Below are positions 13,178 to 27,191 of a DNA stretch of 64,000 nt, piece by piece. This DNA comes from Podarcis vaucheri (lineage: Eukaryota), in assembly GCA_965113315.1 (NCBI GenBank), contig OZ220368.1; one strand, written 5' to 3'. A model generated the notes under the pieces. The model worked only from the letters and a program-made list of their open reading frames with translations, had not been told where the DNA came from and did not search any database. Within the stretch, counting starts at the first letter, position 1; each line of letters starts with the position of its first letter. A program made the translations under genes and the position numbers.

Positions 13178-14764
13178 TAATAACCATTTGATAATGCAGA
13201 CAAAGGGGTTCAATTCAGGCATATTTCAAAGTCAATAGGAAATAAAAAAATTATTAGAGCATTTAATGGCATATGATGGCATCTACACATGTAAGCTTCC
13301 AGTGACTGTGCAGTACAATCCTTTGAAATTTTACTCAGAAGTCTCACTTAAACGGGGCTTACTTGAGTCTTGTAAATAATCCTCCCCCTCCACCTCAAGT
13401 TACTAGCTTGCAAAAACTTTTACTCCTCTCACTTTCCCACATGTAACTCCTGCTTGCATATGGGTACTTGGCTAGTGCTTAAACAAGGGATTACTTTCCT
13501 TAATATTCCAGGCTTAAAGAACTTTCAGAGAGCACTATCAACTCTGATAATTACTCGCACTAAATAATGCACATTCTCTGGCTCCATTTTCTTAATCTGA
13601 AACCACTTGCCGCTTAACACACACAGAACACAATCTTATCCACACTTAACTGATTTCAGTGGGACTTCTCAGTAAAATTTCAGAGAACTAGCCTATCAAT
13701 TTAGTCCACCAAAGTCAGTCTACAGCAGCTACATAGAGAACGGTATGGTCAAACCTCTTTTCGAGTTATAGTAACAGGGTGAAAAAGAGAAGACTTCCCT
13801 CTTCTATGTGATATCTGAAATGTTTAAAGTAAGTTCCACCCTTCAGTTTGAGTGGGATTATTAAATACTCTTATTACAGTATTAAACTACACAGAGAACA
13901 TATGTCTATTGCATTTTAGTTTGCTGAATTTACGGGCAATCTTAGATGTTCAGAAGTTAGTGCACCATTTTGAACATGTTTCAAGCTTCTTGGATCTACA
14001 AGGCCAGAACAGCTTATTATGACTATGCAAATAACACTTGAAATCCAGGGCTAGCCAGAATGGCTTGCTATACAATATAAATGTAAATCTCAGGGTCACA
14101 ATTCAAATTCTGCTTGCACCAGGCTGGGGGGCTCAATTAAGCAGAGATCTTGCTTCCTGCAGCCCTGCCAGCCTCTGCCTGCAGAGTGACATCGGCATCG
14201 CTCTGCCAGTGTGGTTTCCCATTTTGCCTGCTGAACTTGTGGGCACAATTGCTGCTGGTGGGGAGGGGGACTTTCTGGGATGGCAGACATTCAAGACAGA
14301 GCGCTGAGCAAGCCTTACAGCTGTCATGTGACAGCAGCAGGCCTGACTGCCAGCCAGTATGTGCTGCAAGGCTGCAGATGCTGCAGTGGCCCTGTTGGAC
14401 AGCGCCCAGGGCTTGGATTTCACCCTACTACGGTTTAAAATGTATATAAATAAATAACATATTTGATCCATTAAGTTTATCTACTATTTTAGATTAAAAT
14501 ATTATCCTTGGAAAAGGAGACGAGAATTTTACCAGCAAGCTGATAGGCACCCAGAGACAAATTTAATGGTGCCCACTTAAAATATGCACAAGATGCAGAA
14601 GAGGGCACATCACCCATGTGAGTTTATGCGCTTTTAACACTGAGGCTACCCTCAGGATGTAAAGAGTCACTTAGAATTGGAAAATCTGGAAGATTTCTCA
14701 TTACCATATTGTCACTGTCCAGGACACCATTCCACTTTGTTTAAGGCAGTAGGGTCACACTTAC

Positions 14765-14825
14765 TTTCTCTGGGCTTTTTCCTTCTTGGCTTTAGTCCGC
14801 TTCTTCCGGGCTTGCAATGCTAGAA
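14765..14825 (-). CDS. SRPK1: SRPK1 coding exon 2 (61 nt)
   Basis: Minus strand cctag|TT CTA GCA TTG CAA GCC CGG AAG AAG CGG ACT AAA GCC AAG AAG GAA AAA GCC CAG AGA AA|gtaagt = (V)LALQARKKRTKAKKEKAQR(K). Confidence 0.97.
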
Positions 14826-15139
14826 CTAGGAAGAAACAGAGGGAAGAAAAAGAAGGGGTGGGGCAAGAGTCAGTAAGCTTCTGTTCAGGGTGAAAAAGAA
14901 GGGCACATTATTTGCATCATCAAACCTATCCGGTTTATTTTGTTCTAAGATTAACCCCCTCTTCCCTAGAAGCAGCATTAATCCAAGAACAAACCAGATT
15001 CGTGAGACACGTGCTCATAATAGACTCATTGTACCCATATTTATAATTTTTTAAAAAATAATAATCCCCAAACACGTTACTGGAGGAGACAGGCGATTAT
15101 GTCACCCTCTTTTATCTCATACTAGGTAGCGGGGTGGAG

Positions 15140-16020
15140 GCCGAGGAAGGGAAGCCTAAGGGCCGGACATTTGCCAGGGTACCCGAAGACTGGCAGTTAG
15201 GATCCGTGAGAAGAACTCTGCGAATAACAGCGGGACCTGACAAAAGCAAACCGACGCCCGATCTCGTGTGAATTGGGGCAACAACCCGGGACGCGGAGGA
15301 AGCGAGCCGCCAAGACCCAGAAAGCTGAAGCCTGGCTAGAAGAGCCGAGGGGCCGAGGGGCGGCGGCGGGGGGGGGCATGAGTTTGGCAGGGAGGCGGCA
15401 GGGCCAAGCGCACTCACCTTTCCGCTCCATGGCGGCTAAAGACAGCAGCCCCCGCGACCCCCCGCGCGTGCGCTCCAAGGATACTTCCTGCGCCTGCGCC
15501 GGCCGCGGGAGAGCCGGTCGGCGCGTGCGTACGACGGGTATCTTCGCGCGCCGTTGCGCGCGCCACCAGATCTCCTCGCCGCCGCCGCCGCCGCTGCTGT
15601 CACTTCCTCCCGAGCTGGGGCTCCCGGGGAAGGCCACTCCCCCTGGCTCTTCCAAACGCGTGCGGCGCCGCCCCCTGCTCTGCGTGACAGGCAGGAGCCG
15701 GAGCCGCGCGTCAGGCCCCTCGCCCGCCTCCCCTTGTCCCATGGGCGGAGCGCATGCGCCTCGCGGTGTCCCAGCCCACCGCTCGCTTCCCCGGGGCTTC
15801 GCCGGATTTAACTAGGGCCAAGGGAGGCGGGGGCGGCGTAAAAAGTGGCCTAGCGCGTATACAAGTAACTGCGAGCGCTGTCGCCGGAGATGGGATTGTG
15901 ACGTGCCCGCCACGCGTTCTGGGTCCGGGCGAGTTTTCCAGCTTCACGCGTAGCCGGCATGGGAGGGAGGGATGTGTTCTGCTATGGACCCCTTGCGCCA
16001 CCAGGTTGCGCGATGACTCG
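15140..16020. promoter_or_regulatory. CpG island / SRPK1 promoter
   Basis: Very GC- and CpG-rich against a CpG-poor background. NRF1-type motifs GCGCATGCGC (15750-15759) and GCGCCTGCGC (15490-15499), ETS-type ACTTCCTG (15483-15490), GC boxes. Boundaries approximate. Confidence 0.85.
15418..15430 (-). CDS. SRPK1: SRPK1 coding part of exon 1 (13 nt, MERK plus first base of V)
   Basis: Minus strand gccgccATG GAG CGG AAA G|gtgagt: perfect Kozak context, canonical donor, phase-compatible with exon 2. Confidence 0.95.
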
Positions 16021-16739
16021 CAGCAGCTAAAGTTAACGTTCGAATTCTCGAATTAAACTTTTTTTTTTTTCAATTTACATGACTTTGTACGCTTTACATG
16101 ACTTTGTACGCTTACGCAGTGGGAACTTTTGGAAGTTATTTTAATGTATGCAGCTTATTAAAAAATGAATTTAGTGTACACATGTTATCCTCCACAATGG
16201 TTAGAAGCCAACAGTTGGGTGCTACCAGTTCTATTTGCAAGAAACAGGAAAGGCAACTGGTGCTGCGTACGTGCAGCAAGCAACGTTGCATCTGGATGGT
16301 GAATGAAAGCAGCCTAGCTTGTCACTGCAGATAGTGACAATAGCTTTCAGATTGGACAGTCCTGCAAAAAGAAGCCAAAAATGGCTTATATTCTGAGTTT
16401 ATGCCAATAAAACTCAGAAACGTGAGGCTTACAACAGACCTAGCATAGGACTCTAAGCAAGAAAGGATCAGCAGTCATAGCTACGTCCATCGCTGCACCA
16501 CGAAAATGGCCCCCAGAATTTGGTGCAAGAAGAGAATGCAGCCCATGAGCTGGAAAACGGCCCCTCATCCCGCATTAACCAATAACAAGGAAGACTGTGT
16601 TGTTCGCTACCACAATTTACTAGCCGAGGACTGTAACTCAAATGGTTGCTATGAAGAGAATTGCATTCCAACGATTATTTGTTAACGAACATTATGTACA
16701 ACTGCAAGCACAAAACAGCTAATGCGCTTCTTCCCCGGG

Positions 16740-17860
<1,121 letters not shown>

Positions 17861-18828
17861 GCTCTCGGTTGCAAATACTAAAAGGAAAAACGTTGCCTGT
17901 TTGTTTCTCTTGCACCGTAATGCTGGGGCAGTGCAAGCTAGCAGCAGAAGTAGTAGAGGCGTTTGATGTACTTGTCGCTCCGTCTGCTGCAGTGCCTTGA
18001 TCTCCGTCACTTCTTCCCGTAACCGCTATGAACTCATTCCCTACTTATTTGGGAACGCACAACCCGTGAAGTCCACAGTTGAGCAATGTCTCCAGAAGCA
18101 ATCAAAATGTGCACCAAACAGTGGCTTTCTTCAAGTTCTCCAGTTTTCAAAAGGCATTATGTTAAGCATCTGATGCACGACCCTTTATTTTGCTTTGTGG
18201 TGCCAAGATTATTGGCTTTGGTAGGAAATGACTTCTTGATTATTTTAGTTGCATTTGGCTTGCAAACTGTTGGGTGTTTAATGAGGTTTGGTTTTCTAGC
18301 AGAATCTTGAAAACAAAGATAAAGCAATATTCTCAACACTGCACAATTAAATAACTTGTAATTGGTCTTATTATTTTTTGCATTTTTATTCCAGCACTCC
18401 TCGAAGAAGCTAAGGGTTATGTACATAGTTTCTTCCCCCACCCTTCTTTATTCTCACAAGTCTGTGAGGTAGGATAGGCTGGTATCTCAATAAACACCAT
18501 GAACCTGGATCTCCCCCAGTTTCTTACACTGATCTTGCTGGGAATTGGAGTAGGGAATAAGAGTTTACTTGCAACTAGGGAAGATGTATAATGAAGAGGT
18601 TGAGTGCAAAGCTGTTGAAGGAAAAACAGCTGGCGAGGGGTAGCAGAGATTGGCAGGAGAGGAATTTGTGATTCACCTCCTCATGATGTCATAGGCACTA
18701 TCCATAGATGTTTGACTTCACTACCACATTCCTCACAGCAAAATATGTATTACAGTTAGACTGCCAGGACAAAGCATAGAAACTTATTCAAGAATCCAAC
18801 AATAAATGGATGTTGTCTTGGCTACAGA

Positions 18829-19068
18829 ACCCCTAAGCCTCTTGGGCTTGCCCCTAAGCCTCTTGGGCTTGGTCAGCGGTTCGAAGCTTTGCAACGGGGT
18901 GAGCTCCCATTGCTCTGTTCCAGCTTCTGCCAACCCAGCAGTTCGAAAGCATGCCATTGCAAGTAGATAAATAGGTACCACTGCAGTGGGAAGGTAAATG
19001 GTGTTTCTGTGCGCTCCAGGATTTGTCACAATGTCCTGTTGCACCAGAAGCGGTTTAGTCATTCTGGC
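18829..19068 (+). mobile_element. Sauria SINE, partial and diverged
   Basis: Shares GGGGTGAGCTCCC..TTGCTC..., GCAAGTAGATAAATAGGTACC and CCAGAAGCGG.TTAGTCAT with the full copies. 21-bp tandem duplication at its 5' end. Confidence 0.85.
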
Positions 19069-22000
19069 TAAGAGATGTAAGTATTTTTGTATATAAAACG
19101 ACATAACCATTGCAAGTTCAAGGTAGTCATAACTTCTTTGGTAACAAATACTTGAATTGTACTCATCAGACTACCAGCCTTCTGTGATAGTTCAGCTAGA
19201 GTTACATGTATATATTTACCTTATTTACATGGCACAGTAAACTAGTGAATGGTTTGCAGTGAAAGTACCAGTCTGAGCCACTTTGTTCCTCTATGCTACC
19301 CCAGTCTCTGGCTTAACATTGTGTCCAAACCAAGGGTTGTGGTTTATTTCCTTCCAGACAAACACTATGATCTGTAGCAAAAGTTTGTTCTTGACTTGGG
19401 AGGAGCAAACTGGCTCATGTGATAACTGAAAACAAAGACTCAGACTCTGTGTATTTGTGTTCTTCTGCAGCTACATAGCACCGTTCTTTTAATTGTAGAT
19501 ATTAAGCCAATTTACTGCTTTAAACAAAACTCGAGAGTTCTTCTGCATTTTTTTCCTAGAAAAACATATCTTGATCTACACTGTTTTATTATTTCATGAC
19601 TCATTTGAAACAATATTTCACTTGCTTGTGTTTTGTCAGGTAAGAACAATATCACGAGACAAGTTCTCATAAGAGAAAACAATGAAATTTTGTTTTTTAA
19701 ACACCCTCAGCATAGATCCTGGTGGCCTCAGAAATTTGCATTCATTGATGACTGATAGGCAGGTGTGGTTCATTACACCATTGCTGTGGTAGGATAGGAA
19801 TGTATACTGCAGAGTTTTGAAAGACCTTAGCCTTTTTGCTAGTTATTACTGCATCTAGTTATTGTAGTGATTAGTTTGCAGAATAATTAATGGTAATTCC
19901 ACTGCTCTCTTTTTTTGATCACTAAGAATCAAGTTTTGTGCCTTGTATCCATTAAGCAAATACACATATATCTCGATTCCCTCTAATATCAAGCTCAGGT
20001 GGTTGAGTGCCCATCAATTTTGGAAGCAAAATGGAATTAAAAGTAGTGGTCTGCTTAGGCACACAGAAGCATATAAATCTAATAATATTAATACTAATGC
20101 TAATATATTTACAAACAGCCCAGCAAAGTTTTGTGAGCTCTTGAGATGTTTGGCATGATTTATCAGAAAATGTATGTGTAAGGTCGGGGGATAAGAATTG
20201 ACTTACTCAGACCATTAACAGTTTATTGCAGGTATCCTGGAGGAGGGTAAATTAGGGTTAGGTATGTGATATTAGGTCAGAAAGTACCAACCGCTCTACA
20301 CTATATGTGGTTGTTTCAAGAGGAAAAAAAGCATTCTTTTCCCTTTAATCAGAATCACTATACTGTATAGCTATAAAATACAGCAGGGGGAAGTTTTGGG
20401 TGGGCTGGAAAAGTAAAAAGAAGTGCTTTTTTCTCATCATTAGAGACTCAATCTCATGTAAAGCTTCTGTTTCAGGCTGCTTAGAGCACTACACATAGTG
20501 GGTATACACTTAAACCCTTGCAAGTCTTCCTGAAGCTCCCATACTTCAGTGAGGGAGAGCTCTCTATAGTCTCTATAATGTACCATTCACGTTCATGGTA
20601 AAAGTGAGGATAAAGCAGCTCACCTAGCCCCCTGAGCTTGCATTAAATGAAAGAATTTCTCATTTGTTATGGCCCACTACCACCACCCAGTAATTATTTC
20701 CAGACTTCATCTTCTAAGTTTATATTGCTTTCACTTGTTCCTCTCAACAGTTAGCTAGGTCCAGATAAGGAGTTATTGGGGGCACTTATGCATCCTGTGT
20801 GTCTTACGGACCTTTGTAGATCATACTAATATCACCAAGAAATTTTTTTTGTTCAGATGCACACTGCTTCTGTTAAAACATCCAAATAATTTCCGACTGA
20901 ATTGTTAGATATGTCAAATGTATGTGTTCTGATCTGAAGGATGGTGGTTTGCACTTCTTTGTAACTTAGTAACTATCACAAATCATTACATTTTTGTTAA
21001 AATGTGTGGCACTTGTTCGAGATCTTCAGAAAAATTAACGTATCTTTCTACTGTTTTCATCATGCCTTATCCCTACCCTGATTTCAGATCATTTAAGTCT
21101 CTGCTCACAATATTTTTGTCAGGGAAAACTTGATTTAGATGCAAAAAAAGGAATAAAAAGCAGAAGTGAAGTTTTGTTTGCAACTAAACATTTTTGCCTG
21201 GCTCTTGCAACATGTGTTCTGTGGTAAGGCAAGGTGCAGGGCAGTGCCATATTGACAGGGTAAATTAAAAGGGAACTTGTTCTTTAAAACAATGCTTCAG
21301 TAGAAGCATACTAAAAATGCCCCATCAGTTCCATATTATGATCAGGTACCAAACATAAATTATTGAAAAGCAAATCCATACTAGTCTAGAGTCAGTTGAG
21401 AAGTGCGAGTGGCTTCCTGCTTCTTGCTAGTGTGGCACTAGCCCTGCTCTAGAATTCAAAATTGGATGTATCAGTGGATCCTTGCAGAAATGCATTTTGC
21501 ATCATTTGTATCTGCAGGTGTTTCCACTAATTTAACACAAGTCAGTGGGATGGTGAATTGCAAACCTAATCAACTTCATTTATCAGGCAAGTTTTGCCTA
21601 ATGCTCCACTCCCCTTTTTTAAAAAAGACTTGATATGTATACAAGTACCTTTTTTCCATACTAAGAAAAACAAATAAACTTTAGAAAATATTCCACAATT
21701 GTCCCAGGTATAGACAGGTGCCCATGACAGTGGCACCAAAGTATGCTGTTGTAACCACATTGGTTGTATGTGTGTTTTAGGGTGAGGAGTAGTCTGGCTT
21801 TCTGATGGTAAAACTTGGAATGCCAAAAAATCTGCGAAATGTGTACCATAGGCAAAGACATCTGTACCATACCACCTTCAAGTTATCATCACTGTAAAGC
21901 TATTGGCTAACATCACCTGATAATTCACTTACTACCAGAGATCCTAGGTATTCAGTGCCTTATTTCTACAAAATCTTGCTTGGAGACATCCATCATGTGT

Positions 22001-22321
22001 CTGCTAATGCTGTGACCTGGATACAGCGAGCACTAGCTTCTGAAATGTCACAATATTCTGTTAAGGTTGAAATATTTGAAGTTACAGGAAGTCATTGCTA
22101 TATCTTTTGCTGTGAGTCACTAAATGATTGCAAAAATTGTCATTCTTCCTTTATAAATCCAGCTGCAATTCCCAAACTCATCAATACATTCTTAAAACTC
22201 TTCTAATGATTCATTCTAAAACTTGTAAGCACCTTCACCTTTGTTTTTCTGCCTGTTCTTACACAAACCTTAAACTTGTGACTTATTTCTTCTTGGGCAC
22301 AAAGTTATATTCATTCAGTGA

Positions 22322-22603
<282 letters not shown>

Positions 22604-23579
22604 TAGGTTAGGAGTGAATGCTGGCTTGATAACCATGGTGTACTTGGTACAGATAAAATGACAGACCGTAGTGTTGGGGTTTTGTTGAAAGAGTAGAGGG
22701 TCCAGAGCAAGAAAATGAATTATTCAAAAGTTCATTCCCAATACCTTCATCTTGATTGAAAGCTGAGAAAATGTAACATGTGTACCATAATATTTTCAAC
22801 ATACTAGAGCCAGTTGGTTATAAACTGATTTTGTGGTGGTTATCGAGTCCTCTCTATTTCAAATGTTATGAAAACTTTCCTTACTGGTTAAATTCTCTAG
22901 TTTTAAAGTTAGCTTAATGCATGTTTATTTCCATGAGTACGTATTTTTTTTTCATTTCATTCATTGTTTTGGGTAATGGCTTCCATGTGTTGATTTCAAT
23001 ATTTTCTTACAGAACATATTAACTAGGGGAGACCCTAAACCTTGGGGAAAATAATGAGTCTGTTGATTACACAATTGTAGAATGTGAGAACTGTTGCAAA
23101 GTATCTCACAGTCCCAGTTTGTTTCTGAAACACTACAAGAAGGATGTTGCAGAAACATTTCTACCTTTTATGCTGCTGTGAAGATTTTAGTGTTACTATT
23201 TCATAGTATGCAGGAATAATATGTGTGCACAGAGTGCAAACTACTTCAGATCTGTTCTCCTGCTTTCTTCCCTTAACCTTAACCCTAACCCCAACAAATT
23301 ATGCAATTATAGTACTAAATAAATACAGCAGCATATACCTTAGGGTGATTTTTAAGTACCTTTTTTGGAACAGTTGTGTTTCTGTTCATAATATTTCTTC
23401 AGACATGCCAGCAGACACCAGAGGTGTGACAAAAGCAGGGTGACTGACATAGGAAAGCACCTCCTAAACTCCTAAAGCACGAATGAGGAACCTGCAGTCT
23501 TTGAGGTTGTTGGACTTACCACCCCGATGTAAACCCTTGGTTCACTAGCATTTGGGTAGATTTTTTATGACAGCACTTA

Positions 23580-23822
23580 GTGTCAAACCTCGATTGACGA
23601 ACGCAATCCGTTCCGGAAGACCGTTCAACTTCCGAAATGTTAAACAACCGAGGCACAGCTTCCGATTGGTTGCAAGAGCTTCTTGCACTCAAGCAGAAGC
23701 CGCTTTGGATGTTTGGGTTCTGAAAAACATTTGAAAACCGAAGCATTTACTTCTGGGCTTTCGGCATTCGGGAGCCGAAATGTTCGAAAATGGAGCCGTT
23801 TGAGAATCGAGGTTTGATGGTA
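23580..23822. mobile_element. Tc1/mariner-type MITE, family A-related subfamily
   Basis: TCAAACCTCGATT ... AATCGAGGTTTGA inverted ends; interior homologous to the 8870 copy (ATCCGTTCCGGAAG, GCTTCCGATTGG, ACTTCTGGG). Confidence 0.8.
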
Positions 23823-26171
23823 CTATTTACTGTTCATCTGTTTTAACCACATTGTAACGTTTGGTCCATAATTTTTAATTTTCCTATAAATGTAGGAGAA
23901 TCTTTAGTTCTTGCATTTCAAACAGGAAGGTACTCTTGCAGCAGTTTTACAATGTAATTACTTGGTTGGGCCTGAGTGTACTATAAAAATAGTCTTTTCA
24001 CGTATTTGTCCCAAGTTGAAGCTTTCTAACACAACTATGAGTGACAAAGTGTTTGGAGAGGACAGAGAAGGCGATGGGAGGAGTGAAAATAATTTACTAC
24101 TGAGGCAGAACATAGGTTAGCAGCCATAGCTTAGGGCAAGGAACTACACATCACAGAAGCCCTAACTGTAGTCTTGACCACAGCTATAATGCCCAAGGCC
24201 CTTCTAGTTCTTGAGCCATCTGTGGATTCCTCCTGATCACTTCTTTGTGTCCGTAGGGATTAGATTTAGCTGTGTTGGTAATGTTTAGTCAAAAGTCAGA
24301 TGACAAATACTTTAATGAAATAAATAAGTACATTACAATGTATTGACTTTAAAAGAAAAGTGAGATGTTCAAGAATCCAAATTCTTTGTTGGATACATGA
24401 ACATGTTGTCAGATAAATTCCAGGACATTTTGTAATCCTTGGGATTTATGCATAGGGTTTATTTGTAAGCACTAATATAGTGTCTGGCTCTCTTTATTTT
24501 CCATGTCTTGTGCAAAAATAGCTGCCCTCTAGCACTTGCAAAAAACATCCACTGATCTGTGTGCATTTAGATATGTACAGTAGTGATAAGTAGAAATTTC
24601 TGCAGTTGAAAAAAGTTATCACACTTGGGTTTCAGCTGTGCACATGAATGAAAATATTGTATGCCTCAGAGATGGAGCCTGTATCATAATATGATTACCC
24701 TGTATAATAGCTTCACTTTATATCAGCCTTTTGGAAAAAGAAACATGAGTAGAATTAGTCAAGATGCCTGAGCCATGAATTAGCTTTCCTATTTACTATA
24801 TGTGTATATTTGTGGGATTATTATTCTAGTGTGAAGCATGTGGTAGTCTTCTGGTCACATTTCCCCTACATTTAGTTTATTTTGTTTGTGAGGGAACAGA
24901 CCATTTTTGTCAGTGCTGGAGAGGTTTGTACTGATAGCACTACTTGCAAATTTATGTTTTTAAAAACCCTCTTCTCCATATTCTAATTAATGTGATGTAT
25001 CCCTACTTAAAGCCTGTTAAAAAAAGGTGACTGTACAAAGTCATATTTCATGGTCTCTGGTTTGAAATTACATGTTACATGTAAACGTGTAATGGAATCC
25101 TGAAAGCCCTTTTTAATTAGAAAAATCAGTTTGCTGGGGGGTGATTAAGATCAGATGAGTCACATCTCCCTTCCTCTGCCTTCAGAGTTCCATGATGCAT
25201 TTGTAAGGGCAGAGGGTAGTCATAGAAAGTAGTGACGGCATGCTTGCCCTCCCACCCCCCGATTACCCTATACAGGTACCACTGTAGTACTAACTAGCCA
25301 GAGAGCTATTTAGCTAGCTGACACTGACTTCTGTACTTGATTTAGTTGAAATACTACCACCAAATTACCTTGACTTGTACCCAGTGGCCACATTCAAATG
25401 AGAGATGAACAAGCCTTTTGTCCAAACATGCAGCTACTTTGTTTCGCTAGGTTGTCTTCAGTTAACTATAGATTAACTGAACTCATAACCTATAGTTAAC
25501 TGCTTTCGAACAGGGCAGGATATCAAGCCATGCTTTGAAGTTAGAGCTCATATTGTGGCTTGTTCTGAAGCTGTTAACCAAGGCCTCCATTTCAGAGCCG
25601 TTGAGAAACTATACTTGCGCAGTTCCAGATTTGTTTGCTTATACAGCAAAGAGAGGAAAGAAGTTACATATGCACCCACAAGGTTCATTTATATCTCATC
25701 TCATTAAGCCAAGATACGATTTTCTGAACCAACCCAGTGTGTATCACTGCATATTTACATTGGAGGTAGCGCTGAGCTATTTGATATGCTTACACCCCTT
25801 GTTTTTGAAAAATAAGTAGGAATGATGCTTTTAAAAAAAACAACTGTCGATTCTTTTCATTAAGGAAAATAGTTTACAACGGAAACAGTGATCTGGAGCC
25901 AAAGATGAAGCAGGAGGAGTCCATGCATGCATCATGATTCTTTTCTCTGATATTTTTCAACATGCCACATTACAAGATATTTGAAAGTTTGCCAGATTTA
26001 AAGGAACTATTTTGAGTTTGCATCTGTGTAAGGATAAAAGTCTTATTTATGTGCAAGTCCATGTGTTCATGTAGTAGGCACTTTGAATTGGGACAGTGTA
26101 TATATGTGAGTTGGGAAATGGCAGATAAATGTAGAAAATGTTATTCCTTGTGTGTCTTTTTCCCTTTCTAG

Positions 26172-26230
26172 GTTATTGGTCTTCTAGATGTGTTCACACC
26201 TGCAAAGTCACTAGAAGAATTCAATGATGT
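26172..26230 (+). CDS. MAPK14: MAPK14 exon 3 (59 nt)
   Basis: ttctag|GTT ATT GGT CTT CTA GAT GTG TTC ... AAT GAT GT|gtaggt = VIGLLDVFTPAKSLEEFND(V). Confidence 0.97.
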
Positions 26231-26671
26231 GTAGGTAACCCTTCATAGCCTTGATGTTGGAAATAGTTTCCAGCCTTGATGGAAAGTCCTTATCTATAAG
26301 GAGCATTAATGTAATAGAATCAAAGGTTTCAGTTTAGACAGGACTTTAGATTGCTATTGGACAATGAAATTAGGCATATGGAGGAAGAAATGAATGAATT
26401 CATTGCATTGACTTTACTGTGATAGAAGTATGTAGTCACAACCCTTCATTAATTAGCATGGAAGGTAGCTATGGGCTGTTTCACACACTAGATTTTCGTT
26501 ACTCAGTAGTGGGAGTAAGAAATTATTCAGTCATGTGTGAAAACTGTAAATATCTACTTTGCCATGTTGACATTTGCCAAGAAGTTGACACCTGGCAAAT
26601 AGTAATACAGTATATTGAACTCACTTTATGTAACTATTTCCCATCATGCCTGTAAATACAATTCTCTAGCA

Positions 26672-26837
26672 AACGGCGTTTCTGTGCACTGCTCTGATTT
26701 GCCAGAAGCGGCTTAGTCATGCTGGTCACATGACCCAGAAACTGTACGCCGGCTCCCTTGGCCAGTAAAGCGAGATGAGTGCCGCAACCCCAGAGTCGTC
26801 CGCGACTGGACCTAACGGTCAGGGGTCCCTTTACCTT
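26672..26837 (+). mobile_element. 5'-truncated Sauria SINE with 15-bp target-site duplication
   Basis: 3' half ending GGTCAGGGGTCCCTTTACCTTT. TSD TACAATTCTCTAGCA at 26657-26671 and 26838-26852. Confidence 0.93.
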
Positions 26838-26949
26838 TACAATTCTCTAGCACTGTAGCTCAACTCTCAGCTGGTGTGATCTAGAATCCTCAGTGAAGGT
26901 CTCCCTCTTTAAAGTCATGCTATCAGTTTGAGGGTGTTTTTTTACTTTA

Positions 26950-27191
26950 CAGTCATACCTCAGCTCTCGAACACCTTGGGAGTCGAACGCTCCGGCTCCC
27001 CAATGCCCCCAAACCAGAAGTGAGTGTTCTGGTTTTCAAACATTCTTTTGGAAGCCAAACATTTGACTGGGCTTCCGATTGGCTGCAGGAGCTTCCTGCA
27101 GCCAACCAGAAACCATGCTTTGGAAGTTGAACATTTCGGAAGCTTAACGGACTTCTGGAATGGATTCTGTTTGACTTTCGAGGTACAATTG
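26950..27191. mobile_element. Tc1/mariner-type MITE, family A
   Basis: TA|CAGTCATACCTC ... GAGGTACAATTG|TA with the same central palindrome as the 7936 copy. Confidence 0.88.
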
